IMG/VR virus record: IMGVR_UViG_2974640449_000001
Location: 242-64,241 of that record
DNA length: 64,000 bases
Strand: one strand, 5' to 3'
From: a virus
Lineage: Duplodnaviria > Heunggongvirae > Uroviricota > Caudoviricetes > Demerecviridae
Position numbers and translations under genes: made by a program. This document shows, piece after piece, positions 7,321-17,450 of the stretch. The first letter of the stretch is position 1, and each line of letters starts with the position of its first letter. The notes below the pieces were generated by a model. It was not told where the DNA came from. It made no database searches and saw only the letters and a program-made list of their open reading frames with translations.

Positions 7321-7959
7321 ATGACTAAAGCATATGTATTCGACCTAGACGGCACAACTATCGACAGCTTTCACCGTGTTGCGCCATGCCTAGACAGCAA
7401 CGGCAACCTAAACCTAGATAAGTATATCAAAGAGGCTTGCACACCTGAGAAAGTCGCAAATGATACACTCTTACCACTTGCCGGATATATGCAGCAGCTT
7501 ATTAAGGATGGTCAAATAGTAATCATTCTCACCGCCCGTTACATGCTTAATCATGATTATGTTTACCTACGCAAGAATCAATTGAGAACGCCTATCATTT
7601 GCAGCCGTGACCAATTGAGCCGTGTATTTGGTGAAGGTAATGCAGCCCGTATCAGTGCAATGTCAGATGCGCCATATAAGCGCCAGTGGTTCGAGCATTT
7701 ATTTGCTAGTATGCCACACGTTACAGAGTGGTCATTCTTTGACGACCATGATGGTATATTAGAAATGGCTAATTCATTAAAAGGTGTTACAGCTACGGAT
7801 GCTAAACTCATGAATGAGCTGTTACAAATGCAATGGGCTGATATTTACCGCCAAGGCGAACAAGACACCGCCGAGTTGATTCAAGACCTAATTGCTGAAT
7901 GTTCAACTCAAGATGTGATTTGCAAGCCTGAATGGATTGATGAGCTTTTAGCTCAATAA
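7321..7959 (+). CDS. dmp: Deoxynucleoside 5'-monophosphatase (HAD family)
   Basis: VFDLDGT HAD motif I, FFDD motif IV, last gene of the pre-early operon. Confidence 0.85.
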   Translation: MTKAYVFDLDGTTIDSFHRVAPCLDSNGNLNLDKYIKEACTPEKVANDTLLPLAGYMQQLIKDGQIVIILTARYMLNHDYVYLRKNQLRTPIICSRDQLSRVFGEGNAARISAMSDAPYKRQWFEHLFASMPHVTEWSFFDDHDGILEMANSLKGVTATDAKLMNELLQMQWADIYRQGEQDTAELIQDLIAECSTQDVICKPEWIDELLAQ

Positions 7960-7983
7960 ATAAAGAAAAGCTGTACAAATAAG

Positions 7984-8007
7984 AATGGCTCTCAATTGAG
8001 AGCCATT
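7984..8007. terminator. Perfect 24-bp palindrome after dmp
   Basis: AATGGCTCTCAATTGAGAGCCATT. Confidence 0.6.
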
Positions 8008-8024
8008 ATCATCTAGGGGGCGGT

Positions 8025-8043
8025 AATGAGACTAGTTCTCATT
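8025..8043. promoter_or_regulatory. Fur-box-like site near the predicted genome terminus
   Basis: AATGAGACTAGTTCTCATT followed by TGC. Confidence 0.5.
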
Positions 8044-8234
8044 TGCATATAGGGGTACACCCCCCAACACGTAACCATTTTAAATTTTTCAAGATTACCT
8101 AAAGGTGCTATTATAAAATAAAATTTTTAAAAATTTCGAAAAACGGATAAGGTGCTTAGTAAATGCATTTTAGCTTTTGGGGGAAAATACGAAAAGCAGA
8201 TACTAAAGCCCCGACTTATTCGCCGGGGTCTTGC

Positions 8235-10178
8235 CTAAGCCGTGCCTGTAATATAAAAACCGAAACGTACTTCTGGAATTTTATACAATACTTCACGTTC
8301 GTCTAATCTATTATAGTATGTGTTACGTCCCCACTCATTTGCAAGTATCTGTGCATTAGTCAGTTTGTAATATCCAACTAACTCTAGCTCATTCCTTGCC
8401 CAGTTTACACGTACCTTATACTGTATACGAATAGCTTGCATTTTATTGCCAGAACTTGACTGCGGCCACCAGCTATTACCGATTCTGCCCTCACTATGTC
8501 GAGACAGGGATACATCTCTAAGTACACTATATCCTAGATTACCAATAAGTACTTCCGTATCTGGTTCATCGCGCATAAATGTAGTAAGTCTTAAAGCTGA
8601 CCAGCCTGCAAAACCATCTATTTTTGTTTGCATACTTGCCTTTTTACCTGCAATCGTGCTGCTCGCCTCCCCCTTCACAAATAGTGGGCTAATATGTGCG
8701 GTTAGGTAGTTCTTGCCAGTGCTGCCTGGTGGTAGTTTGATTCTCTGCTTGACTACTTCTCTATAATAATATCCCACATCATCTGGGTTATATATAGTGA
8801 TACGAGGCCCACTGAAAGTCTGCTTAGTAAACTTAGCACCTTGTTTTAGTTGTGCAAATGTTTTTGTTTCCGCCGGGAAGACAGCTGTCACTGCCGAATC
8901 ACCTCCTAGTATGAAAGGTGTGTATTTTCTAGCCTTAGAAGCTATTAAGTATTCACCTTTATTTCCTTTATATTTAATTTCATTTGCCGAGAAGTCTAGA
9001 GATATATCAGTGCCTATCAGCGCCGATGGTGTATGTACTAGCGGTAGTGGATGATCATAGAATGGGTTAACATAGTTAGCGTTCCATGTCTTATCTGCAC
9101 TAGCAGTAAAAGAGTGTAGGAACGGATAATCAGCCAATTGCTGTAACGACAATCCTTTTACTAGCTTGTCGAAAAACTCATGTTTAACATGTCTAACGTC
9201 CTTACTCTGTACATTAGTTTCATTAGGTGCTGGGTCAGATATTAGCATACCATTCTTCATTGCTAGGTCTCCAACTATCATATCCTCCCTAGAAATTTTA
9301 ATACCATCTTGAATCGGTGGCTTAACATGCTCTAAGTTATTCTGAGAATTATATTTTACATTAAGTACATAGACTCTGATTTTGTAATTATAAGTACCTG
9401 GTTTAGTAGGAGAGTAGGTTATTACTTTTGGTGGAACTTTATCAGTGCTACGAATCCAGTTCTCTGAAATACCTCCTGAGCCAAATAAGCTAATAAGGTT
9501 CCTAGTAGGGTTGCTATAGCTAGCTGATGTACTTCTTGAGGCTGTCTTTGAAATATCTGCTGTTCTATAATATTGATAACCATATTTATCATCTTTTTGT
9601 AACCCAGATACGCTCCATACACCAGTTCTATCCACTGCTACCTTAACACCTTGGTCTACCGTGTTGTCAGCGCTATCTAATGCTAGCTTGTACAGAGTTA
9701 GTGGATCCCAATGCCCATATATTTGAGATGTATTAGGTACTGGGCTTCTAGGGTAAGGTGAGGTACCGTCTGCAAAGCCACCCCCGTGAAAGTTGCCAAC
9801 AAATAAGCTGAACACACTAGCTTTAGCACTTCTAGAGTTGTATGCACCTAATGGTGAGTGTAAAACTCTATCTGGGTAGTATGCTACCTTAGTAGCAAAC
9901 ATAATATTTTTCTGGTTCATATAGTCCCATACTTTTTGTGGTACTATAGGCTCATAGTAGTGTGTATATCTTCCATCAGTAGTTATACCAGGACCAGTTC
10001 TCAAGAACCTCCATTGAGTAATCTCTATAACATCATATATTGCTAAGTATGGTATATCTGAGTGAAATAGTGTTGAAGCTATAGGTGCTCCGTGAAGTTG
10101 TGAAATAGACTCATTACCACTAGTTACGTGCAGCAGCGGTCTATTATCTGAGGGCTTTCTGCCCATAAAAAGTGCCAT
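8235..10178 (-). CDS. oad: Receptor-binding protein (T5 pb5/Oad-like)
   Basis: N-terminus MALFMGRK...STLFHSD resembles pb5; about 647 aa; divergent from terS; GGAGG SD before 10178. Confidence 0.8.
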   Translation of the reverse strand: MALFMGRKPSDNRPLLHVTSGNESISQLHGAPIASTLFHSDIPYLAIYDVIEITQWRFLRTGPGITTDGRYTHYYEPIVPQKVWDYMNQKNIMFATKVAYYPDRVLHSPLGAYNSRSAKASVFSLFVGNFHGGGFADGTSPYPRSPVPNTSQIYGHWDPLTLYKLALDSADNTVDQGVKVAVDRTGVWSVSGLQKDDKYGYQYYRTADISKTASRSTSASYSNPTRNLISLFGSGGISENWIRSTDKVPPKVITYSPTKPGTYNYKIRVYVLNVKYNSQNNLEHVKPPIQDGIKISREDMIVGDLAMKNGMLISDPAPNETNVQSKDVRHVKHEFFDKLVKGLSLQQLADYPFLHSFTASADKTWNANYVNPFYDHPLPLVHTPSALIGTDISLDFSANEIKYKGNKGEYLIASKARKYTPFILGGDSAVTAVFPAETKTFAQLKQGAKFTKQTFSGPRITIYNPDDVGYYYREVVKQRIKLPPGSTGKNYLTAHISPLFVKGEASSTIAGKKASMQTKIDGFAGWSALRLTTFMRDEPDTEVLIGNLGYSVLRDVSLSRHSEGRIGNSWWPQSSSGNKMQAIRIQYKVRVNWARNELELVGYYKLTNAQILANEWGRNTYYNRLDEREVLYKIPEVRFGFYITGTA

Positions 10179-10200
10179 AGATAATCCTCCTTTTACGTAC

Positions 10201-10278
10201 ATTATATCTAGATTTAAGTATTATGTCAATTCTGGTTTTTAAATTTTTGTTGACATTCAGGTTTGAAGATGTTATATT
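10201..10278. promoter_or_regulatory. Divergent sigma70 promoters (receptor-binding gene and head operon)
   Basis: Minus: TTGACA-N17-TATAAT (10229-10201); plus: TTGACA-N17-TATATT (10250-10278). Confidence 0.85.
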
Positions 10279-10298
10279 AGTTGGAAAAGGAGAGGAGT

Positions 10299-10766
10299 AT
10301 GACAGATAAACTACTACCAGATATTATACAACCGGAGGGTTTGCAAGTAGCAGAGACTTACCTAATGCTAGGTGGGGATTCGAAAAGAACTGCTGCTGAA
10401 TTAAATCTTCCTATTGCAGAAGTGGACGCCCAACTAAAAAATCGTGAAGTAAAGGCATACATTGACCGACAATTCAATGAGCAGGGCTTTAGAAATAGAC
10501 ATAGAATATTCGGTGTTATGGATCAGCTTATAAATATGAAGTTAGAAGAGATCCAAGAGACCGGAGTTGGTACAAGTGCAGATATACTTGATGTTATGAA
10601 AACTTATCATAAGATGCACATGGACATGATGAAGATGGAAGCTGAGAAAGCAAAAGCTCAAGGAACTCCAGCACCTACTAGTCAAACTAATATACAGAAC
10701 AACATTAATATACCTGGCGGTGAGGATGAGAACTACATGGCTCTTATCAATAAACTGGTGGGATAA
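10299..10766 (+). CDS. terS: Terminase small subunit
   Basis: N-terminal HTH-like region, upstream of terL, GAGGAG SD. Confidence 0.8.
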   Translation: MTDKLLPDIIQPEGLQVAETYLMLGGDSKRTAAELNLPIAEVDAQLKNREVKAYIDRQFNEQGFRNRHRIFGVMDQLINMKLEEIQETGVGTSADILDVMKTYHKMHMDMMKMEAEKAKAQGTPAPTSQTNIQNNINIPGGEDENYMALINKLVG

Positions 10767-12085
10767 TGTATTGTTCTAGAGATTATATAAACTGTGACGA
10801 AATATTAGAGTTTCCGTTAGACCAGAGATTCTTTGCTTTTGATGTTAAGAACTTTATCAAGCAAATGAGAGCGGATAATGGACAACCTATTATACCAAAC
10901 AAACCTCAAATAGCTATTATTAATGCTATTAATGACCCACGACATCGTTTCGTGGTAGCATGTGTGAGTCGTCGTGTAGGTAAATCATTCATCTCATTCG
11001 CCCTAGCATTCTTGAAGTCGCTAGAGCCTAACAACAAGATTCTAGTTGTTGCACCAAACTACTCTCTAGCCGAAATCGGTTGGGGTGAGATTAAGAAATA
11101 TATTAAACAATTTGGATTGAAGACAGTTAAAGAGAACGCCAAAGATAGAGAAATCTTACTATCTAATAACACACTAATCAAACTAGCGTCTGCTGAAAGA
11201 GCGGATAGTGCGGTTGGTCGTTCATATGATTTAATTATCTTCGATGAGGCCGCTCTATCAGATAAGGGTGGGGAAGCATTCCAGGTTGCACTACGTCCTA
11301 CATTGGATAAACCTAATTCTAAAGCAATCTTTATCAGTACGCCTCGTGGTTCTAACTACTTTAAGACATTCTTCGAGCAAGGTAAATCAACTGACCCTGC
11401 GTTATCTAACTGGGTTTCAATTCATGGTACATGGCGTGATAACCCTCGTGCTAGTCCAGAGGATATTGAACAAGCTCGTATTACTAACTCGGATGCTTAC
11501 TTCCGCCAAGAATATGAAGCCGACTTCTCGGTATTCGAAGGTCGTATCTACGAAGGATTTGTATTTGACAGACATGTTAAAGACCTTAGTGAGATGGACT
11601 TTGATGATGATAACCAATTTGAAACCATCATGGGTATTGACCATGGTTACAGAGACCCAACTGCTAGTGTCGTTATTAAATATGACTTAGAAGAAGATAA
11701 ATTTTATATTATAAATGAATATGAAAAACAATCAAAAACTACTCGTGTACATGCTGAGAAGTTCCAGCAACAAATTGATGACTACGATGTAGATATGATA
11801 TTCTGTGACTCTGCTGCTGCACAGTTCCGTGCTGACCTAGCTTATGAATACGACATTGCCAGCATGCCTAGTAAGAAATCTCAGAATGATGGTATTAACT
11901 ATATCGCTGCTCTTATCGAGCAAGACAAAATTATAGTAGATATTAATTGTCCTCTAACTCGTGAAATGTTCATTAACTACAGATGGGATCCGAAGGAAGG
12001 GTTATTAAAAGAACGCCCACTTCATAACCAGTACTCACACATTGCGGACGCTGTGAGATATGCAATCTACTCATACTGTAGATAA
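10766..12085 (+). CDS. terL: Terminase large subunit
   Basis: SRRVGKS Walker A, IIFDEA Walker B, STPRG, C-terminal nuclease with GIDHG and HIADA. Confidence 0.95.
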   Translation: MYCSRDYINCDEILEFPLDQRFFAFDVKNFIKQMRADNGQPIIPNKPQIAIINAINDPRHRFVVACVSRRVGKSFISFALAFLKSLEPNNKILVVAPNYSLAEIGWGEIKKYIKQFGLKTVKENAKDREILLSNNTLIKLASAERADSAVGRSYDLIIFDEAALSDKGGEAFQVALRPTLDKPNSKAIFISTPRGSNYFKTFFEQGKSTDPALSNWVSIHGTWRDNPRASPEDIEQARITNSDAYFRQEYEADFSVFEGRIYEGFVFDRHVKDLSEMDFDDDNQFETIMGIDHGYRDPTASVVIKYDLEEDKFYIINEYEKQSKTTRVHAEKFQQQIDDYDVDMIFCDSAAAQFRADLAYEYDIASMPSKKSQNDGINYIAALIEQDKIIVDINCPLTREMFINYRWDPKEGLLKERPLHNQYSHIADAVRYAIYSYCR

Positions 12086-12110
12086 GCCGAGTAGAAATTA
12101 TAAAACAAAC

Positions 12111-12139
12111 TTTACATTTATGCACTAGTCATATATACT
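12111..12139 (+). promoter_or_regulatory. sigma70 promoter
   Basis: TTTACA-N17-TATACT. Confidence 0.7.
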
Positions 12140-12166
12140 AGATTCATAAGTTAAGGAGAAGAAGTT

Positions 12167-12640
12167 ATGGCAAAGAATACCAACAAACGAGTGGCTACCA
12201 AGCATATTCGCGATGGTATCAAGTCTAACTATTCCAAGAAAGATTATTGTGAGATTTGTGGTACGGAGCACGACTTAGAGCTTCACCACTACCATACGGT
12301 ATCTCTACTTCTTAAAAAGTATGCCAAAGAGAATGGTATTCCCATCTCAACTGACGAGCAAGTTCTCGCTATGCGGGACGACTTCTATAAAGCACACTGG
12401 CATGAATTAGTTGAGGATACCGTAACCCTTTGCAATAGTCACCACGTAAAACTACACCAGATATATTCTCAAGAGCCTGACCTATCAACTGCTAGTAAGC
12501 AGCGTAGATGGGTTAAGATACAACGAGATAGGCAAGGTGGCACTGTGGAAGAAATGCCAATCAGTACCAGTGATAGCTCAGCAACAGCGTTGTGTAATTA
12601 CATGGTTGAGAGCATTTCATTAGACAGATTTAAGGTATAA
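12167..12640 (+). CDS. HNH-type (nicking) endonuclease
   Basis: CxxC...LHH...TLCxxHH motif; T5-like position between terL and portal. Confidence 0.8.
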   Translation: MAKNTNKRVATKHIRDGIKSNYSKKDYCEICGTEHDLELHHYHTVSLLLKKYAKENGIPISTDEQVLAMRDDFYKAHWHELVEDTVTLCNSHHVKLHQIYSQEPDLSTASKQRRWVKIQRDRQGGTVEEMPISTSDSSATALCNYMVESISLDRFKV

Positions 12641-12642
12641 AT

Positions 12643-13869
12643 ATGGGATTAAGAGATTGGTTAGTCACTAAATTAAACCCAGCCCAAGAACTTATTTCCA
12701 GAGAAGAGCCTAGCTCATCTTCTAGTAATAAGAAGCCTTTGACGACAACTCGTGCTTTTGAGGACGTAGAGGTTGTAAACCGTTGTGTTAACCTTTTAGT
12801 TGATAATGCTTGTCAAGTTAGATATGATATTAAAGACGCGTATTCTTTTACACCGCTTGGGGCTGGTAAAGCAAAAGGCGGTATTCGTCAAGAAAAAGTA
12901 AAAGAGCTGCTTAATGTTAGACCTAATCCATTTATGGATGCTAGTACCTTCTGGCGTTTGGTTATAATGGACTTTATCATGGAAGGTTGGGCATTTATTC
13001 ATTGGGATGGTTACTCATTATATCATCTACCTGCTGCTAATATGGAAGTGTATGCTGACAAGAAGCAGTATATTAACAGATATATTTATGGCGCACAGGT
13101 AGAATTTCAGCCAAATGAGATTATCTTTATCAAAGATAATGCTTATAATAGAGGTAACTCAACTCAAATTGAGGGATTCTCTAGAATCTTATCTAGCTTA
13201 GAAGGCTTAGTAAGACGAGATAAACTGCTACAATTCAAAGAGAAGTTCTTTGATAACGGTGCTGTATTTAGTTTAATACTTGAAACAGAAGCGGTACTTA
13301 ACAAGAAACTTAAAAAACGTTTCGAAGAAGAAATATCTTTAGATTATAACCCACGCACAGGTCGTTCTAGTGTTAAGGTTCTAGATGCTGGTATGAAAGC
13401 CAAAACTCTAACGCCTACTAGTTCTAAGGACTTGGATGTTAAAGCAGATGTTGACGATTTTGAACGTAAAGCATGTATTGCTTTAGGTATCCCACCATTG
13501 CTACTAGACTCTGGTAATAATGCTAACATTCGTCCTAATATAGAATTATTTTTCTATATGACTATCTTGCCCATGATGCGTAAGTTTGAGTCTGTATTTG
13601 AGACATTCTTTGGTTACGATATTAAGTTAACTACAGATGATATTACAGCGCTAGCACCAGATGCAAAAGCTGAGGCCGAAGCAGTAACCTCTAAGGTAAA
13701 CAATGGTCTTATTACTCCTAACGAAGGCCGTATGGAACTACGCTATGACCCTCTAGAAGGTCAGGATATGGATAAGATTCGTATACCACAGAATATTGCA
13801 GGTTCTGGTACTGGAGTATCGGGACAGGAGGGTGGAAAACCTTCAAACTCGGACTCAGATGACAACTAA
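12643..13869 (+). CDS. Portal protein (pb7-like, HK97 family)
   Basis: VRPNPFM, GIPP.LL motifs; synteny. Confidence 0.92.
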   Translation: MGLRDWLVTKLNPAQELISREEPSSSSSNKKPLTTTRAFEDVEVVNRCVNLLVDNACQVRYDIKDAYSFTPLGAGKAKGGIRQEKVKELLNVRPNPFMDASTFWRLVIMDFIMEGWAFIHWDGYSLYHLPAANMEVYADKKQYINRYIYGAQVEFQPNEIIFIKDNAYNRGNSTQIEGFSRILSSLEGLVRRDKLLQFKEKFFDNGAVFSLILETEAVLNKKLKKRFEEEISLDYNPRTGRSSVKVLDAGMKAKTLTPTSSKDLDVKADVDDFERKACIALGIPPLLLDSGNNANIRPNIELFFYMTILPMMRKFESVFETFFGYDIKLTTDDITALAPDAKAEAEAVTSKVNNGLITPNEGRMELRYDPLEGQDMDKIRIPQNIAGSGTGVSGQEGGKPSNSDSDDN

Positions 13870-14098
13870 ACAAGTTAATTTTAATACAGTCTACAATGAT
13901 TTTGGGGATACCCTCCCAGATAAGAGTGCATTCTTCAATGACCCTAGAAATGAAGTTTCTAGAGTTATGCTACGCTACCGCTATAAGGTAGATAGTGACT
14001 GTAGAGCTTTCACGCTCTTCCGCAAAGAATACGCTGATTTTGTGGCTAAGTTAAAAGTATCAAAAACACCTTCGGAGAAGCAGGATGAAGCTAAATAA
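13859..14098 (+). CDS. Head decoration protein, pb10 N-terminal domain only
   Basis: FGDTLP..AFF resembles the T5 pb10 FGEKLP..IFF motif; lies between portal and protease; no Ig domain. Confidence 0.6.
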   Translation: MTTKQVNFNTVYNDFGDTLPDKSAFFNDPRNEVSRVMLRYRYKVDSDCRAFTLFRKEYADFVAKLKVSKTPSEKQDEAK

Positions 14099-14693
14099 AC
14101 CTATTGATATGGAGCTATCTGCTAGTTTCGTAGCTAAAGCAGCCAACGATGAAGACGATTCTCCATTGATTATTAAGGGTTACGCTAACACAGTCAATAA
14201 AGACCGTGCTGGTGACGTAATCCCTAAAGATGCATGGCTAGGTAAGAATGCTCTTCCTAACTATGAAAAGAACCCTATCATTCTTGCATTCCACAATCAC
14301 TCGATGCCAATCGGTAAAATGGTTGGGTATGAAGTTACTGACGAAGGCTTACAAATTGAAGCAGAAATCAGTAAAGCAGCAGGCCCAGTATACCAACTAA
14401 TTAAAGATGGTATATTAAAAACATTTAGTGTAGGCTTCCGCTGTCTTGACGCTGAATGGAAGAAAGATGAAGACATTTATTTAATTAAAGAATTAGAACT
14501 ATACGAAGTATCGGTAGTCTCAGTTCCATGTAATCAAGACTCAGTATTCGAAGTTTCTAAGAGTTTGAACTCTGCTGATTACAATGATTTTAGAAAACAA
14601 CTTCAAGCAAAGGCTAGTGAACAGCCGAGCGAACCTAACGAAGTTGACGTGTTAGAAAAGCTAGCCATTGCGCTAGGAGTTAAGAAAGGATAA
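14085..14693 (+). CDS. Prohead protease (pb11-like)
   Basis: DRAGD, FHNH (catalytic His), FSVGF (catalytic Ser), EVSVVSVPCN. Confidence 0.93.
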   Translation: MKLNKPIDMELSASFVAKAANDEDDSPLIIKGYANTVNKDRAGDVIPKDAWLGKNALPNYEKNPIILAFHNHSMPIGKMVGYEVTDEGLQIEAEISKAAGPVYQLIKDGILKTFSVGFRCLDAEWKKDEDIYLIKELELYEVSVVSVPCNQDSVFEVSKSLNSADYNDFRKQLQAKASEQPSEPNEVDVLEKLAIALGVKKG

Positions 14694-14700
14694 TACAATT

Positions 14701-16098
14701 ATGCCAATGACAGAAAAAGAAATTGCTGAACTACAGGAAAAGCTAGGTATCAAATCAGTAGTAGAAGCTGCTAATAAACTTACCGAGAAAGCCGCAGAAG
14801 AAGAACGCAAAAAAGCTGAACAAGCTCGTAAAGAAGCGGAAGAAGCACGCGTAAAAGCTCTTGTAGACGAAGCTACTGGTGAACAAAAAGAAAAACTAGA
14901 AACAGCGCTTGCCCTGGTTAAAGCTCTTTCAGAAAAACTAGAAAGTGGCGACGTTGATGGCTTTGCTAAGTCAGTAGAAGAAACCCAAAACCAAATCAAA
15001 TCAGTACGTGATGAAGTAGCTCAACTAATGGCAGCTCGTGAAGGTAAAAACTCAATCGCAGTAGCAGTTGGTAAAGCATTCAATCTAAAATCACAAACTG
15101 ACTTCGAAGAAGAAGCAGAAAAAGCTGTTCTACTTTCTTTCATTACTAAGAAAGGCGTATTCGAAACAGAATTTGGTGCTAAACTAGAAAAAGCAGTAAA
15201 CGATAGTTCATCTATCCAAGTTTCTAGCGAAAACTACGAAACAGTATTCTCAAATCGTATCCTACGTGACATTCAGAAACTACTAGTTGTTGGTGCTATG
15301 TTCCAAGAACTACCAATGTCAAGTAAGAAACTAACAATGCAAATCGAACCTGATGCACAAGATGCAACATGGGTAGATGCATCAACTTACGGTAAAGAAA
15401 CTACTGTAGGTAACGAAATCAAAGTTGCACTAACTGACATTACGTTCAGCACATTCAAACTAGCAGCTAAAGCTTACATGACAGACGAAACTGAAGAAGA
15501 CGCAATCACTGCACTTCTACCAATCATCCGTCGTCACCTAATCGAAGCTCACGTACAAGCTATCGAGAAAGCATTCATGGGTGGTGAAGACACTGCTCCA
15601 GTAGGTAAACCAACTGGTCTATTGACTTTCGCTAAACTTGACAACAAACGTATTGCTACTACAGCAACACACGACGGTACTACTAAAGTAACTGCTAAAA
15701 TGATTCATCAGCTACGTCGTCAACTAGGTCTTAAAGGTCTACGTCTAGATGCTCTAGCTCTAATCGTTTCAATGGACGCTTACTACGATCTTCTAGAAGA
15801 TGATGAATGGCAAGACATTAACCAAGTAGGCGCTAGCGCTTCGGTTAAACTACAAGGTCAACTTGGTCGTATCTATGGTATGCCAGTAGTTGTTTCTAGC
15901 TACTTCCCAGCTAAAGCAGCTAAGAAAGAGTTCTGTGCAATCGTTTATCGTAACGAATTCGTAGTTCCTCGCCAACGCCGTGTGACAGTTGAGTACGAAC
16001 GTCGTGCCTCAGAACAACGTGATGCGTACTACGTAACACAACGTCTGAACCTACAACGTTACTTCAACAACAACGTCGTAACAGGTACATACGCTTAA
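14701..16098 (+). CDS. Major capsid protein with N-terminal delta/scaffold domain (pb8-like)
   Basis: Coiled-coil N-terminus, AVNDSSS maturation region, DETEEDA motif. Confidence 0.95.
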   Translation: MPMTEKEIAELQEKLGIKSVVEAANKLTEKAAEEERKKAEQARKEAEEARVKALVDEATGEQKEKLETALALVKALSEKLESGDVDGFAKSVEETQNQIKSVRDEVAQLMAAREGKNSIAVAVGKAFNLKSQTDFEEEAEKAVLLSFITKKGVFETEFGAKLEKAVNDSSSIQVSSENYETVFSNRILRDIQKLLVVGAMFQELPMSSKKLTMQIEPDAQDATWVDASTYGKETTVGNEIKVALTDITFSTFKLAAKAYMTDETEEDAITALLPIIRRHLIEAHVQAIEKAFMGGEDTAPVGKPTGLLTFAKLDNKRIATTATHDGTTKVTAKMIHQLRRQLGLKGLRLDALALIVSMDAYYDLLEDDEWQDINQVGASASVKLQGQLGRIYGMPVVVSSYFPAKAAKKEFCAIVYRNEFVVPRQRRVTVEYERRASEQRDAYYVTQRLNLQRYFNNNVVTGTYA

Positions 16099-16113
16099 TA
16101 GCGTCGATTACTA

Positions 16114-16146
16114 AGGGGTGAGAGCAGTTTGCTCCGCCCCTTTTTC
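16114..16146 (+). terminator. Rho-independent terminator after the major capsid gene
   Basis: AGGGG...GAGC-AGTTT-GCTC...CCCC followed by TTTTT. Confidence 0.75.
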
Positions 16147-16160
16147 TTTATGGGGGCAAG

Positions 16161-16703
16161 ATGGCTGAAATAATTACAATTGATGAGTACAAGGCTTTTG
16201 CTAGTATTGAGGGTAAGAAAAACGACCCACAAATCGAAGCTTTGATTAAATCTTGTTCGGAGATAGTTCAAGAATATATAGGATACCCTCTTACTGCTAC
16301 AGGGAGTATAGAGACTACTGTACGAACCCGTGCTAAGGTTACGGAGTACATGCTCCCAAACTTTGAGATGGACGTGCAAGAAGTTAAATATATCCCTAGA
16401 GGCAGCACCTCTGCTAATGGTATCTCCTTAGATTCTAGTGACTACTATGTTTCTGATACAGGTAAGCTAGAACTATATAGTATAACACCTAACAATGGTG
16501 ACACTCTATGGATTTCTTATAATATAGCAGCGCCAGATTTAGAGTCTATAAAATTAGCAACAATGTTGTTAGTTAAATATTATTATAAAGAAGAATTTAA
16601 CAAAACCTCTGTAGGCGCAGGTGGCCAAACAGTGGCATACCAAACAGGGAAGAACTTCCCACCACACGTTAGAGCCATACTACTAATGCATAGGATGTTC
16701 TAA
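16161..16703 (+). CDS. Head completion / head-tail adaptor (p144-like)
   Basis: Synteny; gp6/gp15-like features. Confidence 0.75.
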   Translation: MAEIITIDEYKAFASIEGKKNDPQIEALIKSCSEIVQEYIGYPLTATGSIETTVRTRAKVTEYMLPNFEMDVQEVKYIPRGSTSANGISLDSSDYYVSDTGKLELYSITPNNGDTLWISYNIAAPDLESIKLATMLLVKYYYKEEFNKTSVGAGGQTVAYQTGKNFPPHVRAILLMHRMF

Positions 16704-17450
16704 ATGCCTGCTTCTAAAATGATGGAGAAGATAATTCGTAGAGAACTTGATGATCGTGCTAATAAAGGTACAAAACGTCAAGTTACTTATGATGTTCAAA
16801 CGGATGATACTAGGTCGGACAATAACGTAGCTACCGTGTCTTTTAAATTTAGCAAACCTGTGGCAGCCACCGAAGCTTCCGAAAGAGGGAAGCATATCCT
16901 TAGAGGGGTAGCTAATGCTCTGGAGCATAGAGAGTTAGGTGTGGTAGATGCAATCCTATCTCAATATGGTCTAGCAGGTAAAGTAGGTAAGAAAAGGTCT
17001 CGTGGTACCGTTAATGTACGCTTAGGGGACTACCTAGAAGAAGGTAGAGCTCTAGGGGTCAATACTGTAAAAGGTAAGATGATTTCGCAAACCAACTTGC
17101 GATCCTTACTAGAACTCTTAGCTAAAGATTACTTAATCAGAGACATGAAAAAAGCAAATGCACCTCTTAAATATAGAACAGGTAGATTTGCAAACTCATT
17201 AGATGTGCGTTCAGTAAGAATACAAGATACAGATACAGGTCGTAAGCCTGAGCTGTCTATATTCTATCAGTATATGACTTATCCATACGCTACTTTTGAC
17301 CCTAGAAAATCTACTAGACCTGCTATGTATAATCGCCCATCATATGGTGCTCGTAACCCTCAAGTATTAATTGGGGATGCGTTAGCTAAAGCAGCTAGAG
17401 ATATTATACACTCTAGGTATAGAATAGACGTTAGAGAGGCTGTACAATGA
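16704..17450 (+). CDS. Tail completion protein (p143-like)
   Basis: TGRFANS and PYATF motifs; synteny. Confidence 0.7.
   Translation: MPASKMMEKIIRRELDDRANKGTKRQVTYDVQTDDTRSDNNVATVSFKFSKPVAATEASERGKHILRGVANALEHRELGVVDAILSQYGLAGKVGKKRSRGTVNVRLGDYLEEGRALGVNTVKGKMISQTNLRSLLELLAKDYLIRDMKKANAPLKYRTGRFANSLDVRSVRIQDTDTGRKPELSIFYQYMTYPYATFDPRKSTRPAMYNRPSYGARNPQVLIGDALAKAARDIIHSRYRIDVREAVQ

Larger units (their letters stand above)
1..8075. repeat. Probable terminal repeat / first-step-transfer (pre-early) region; right boundary approximate, left boundary may lie outside the window
   Basis: Contains A2, A1 and dmp homologues as in the T5 terminal repeat, abuts the receptor-binding gene, and a manual scan found no GATC. 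The boundary is inferred from synteny. Confidence 0.7.

Noticed and set aside
8446-9622. ORFs overlapping the receptor-binding gene (8446, 8797, 9422)
   Set aside because: Shadow or alternative-frame ORFs of a well-supported gene; the same applies to most antisense ORFs in the track
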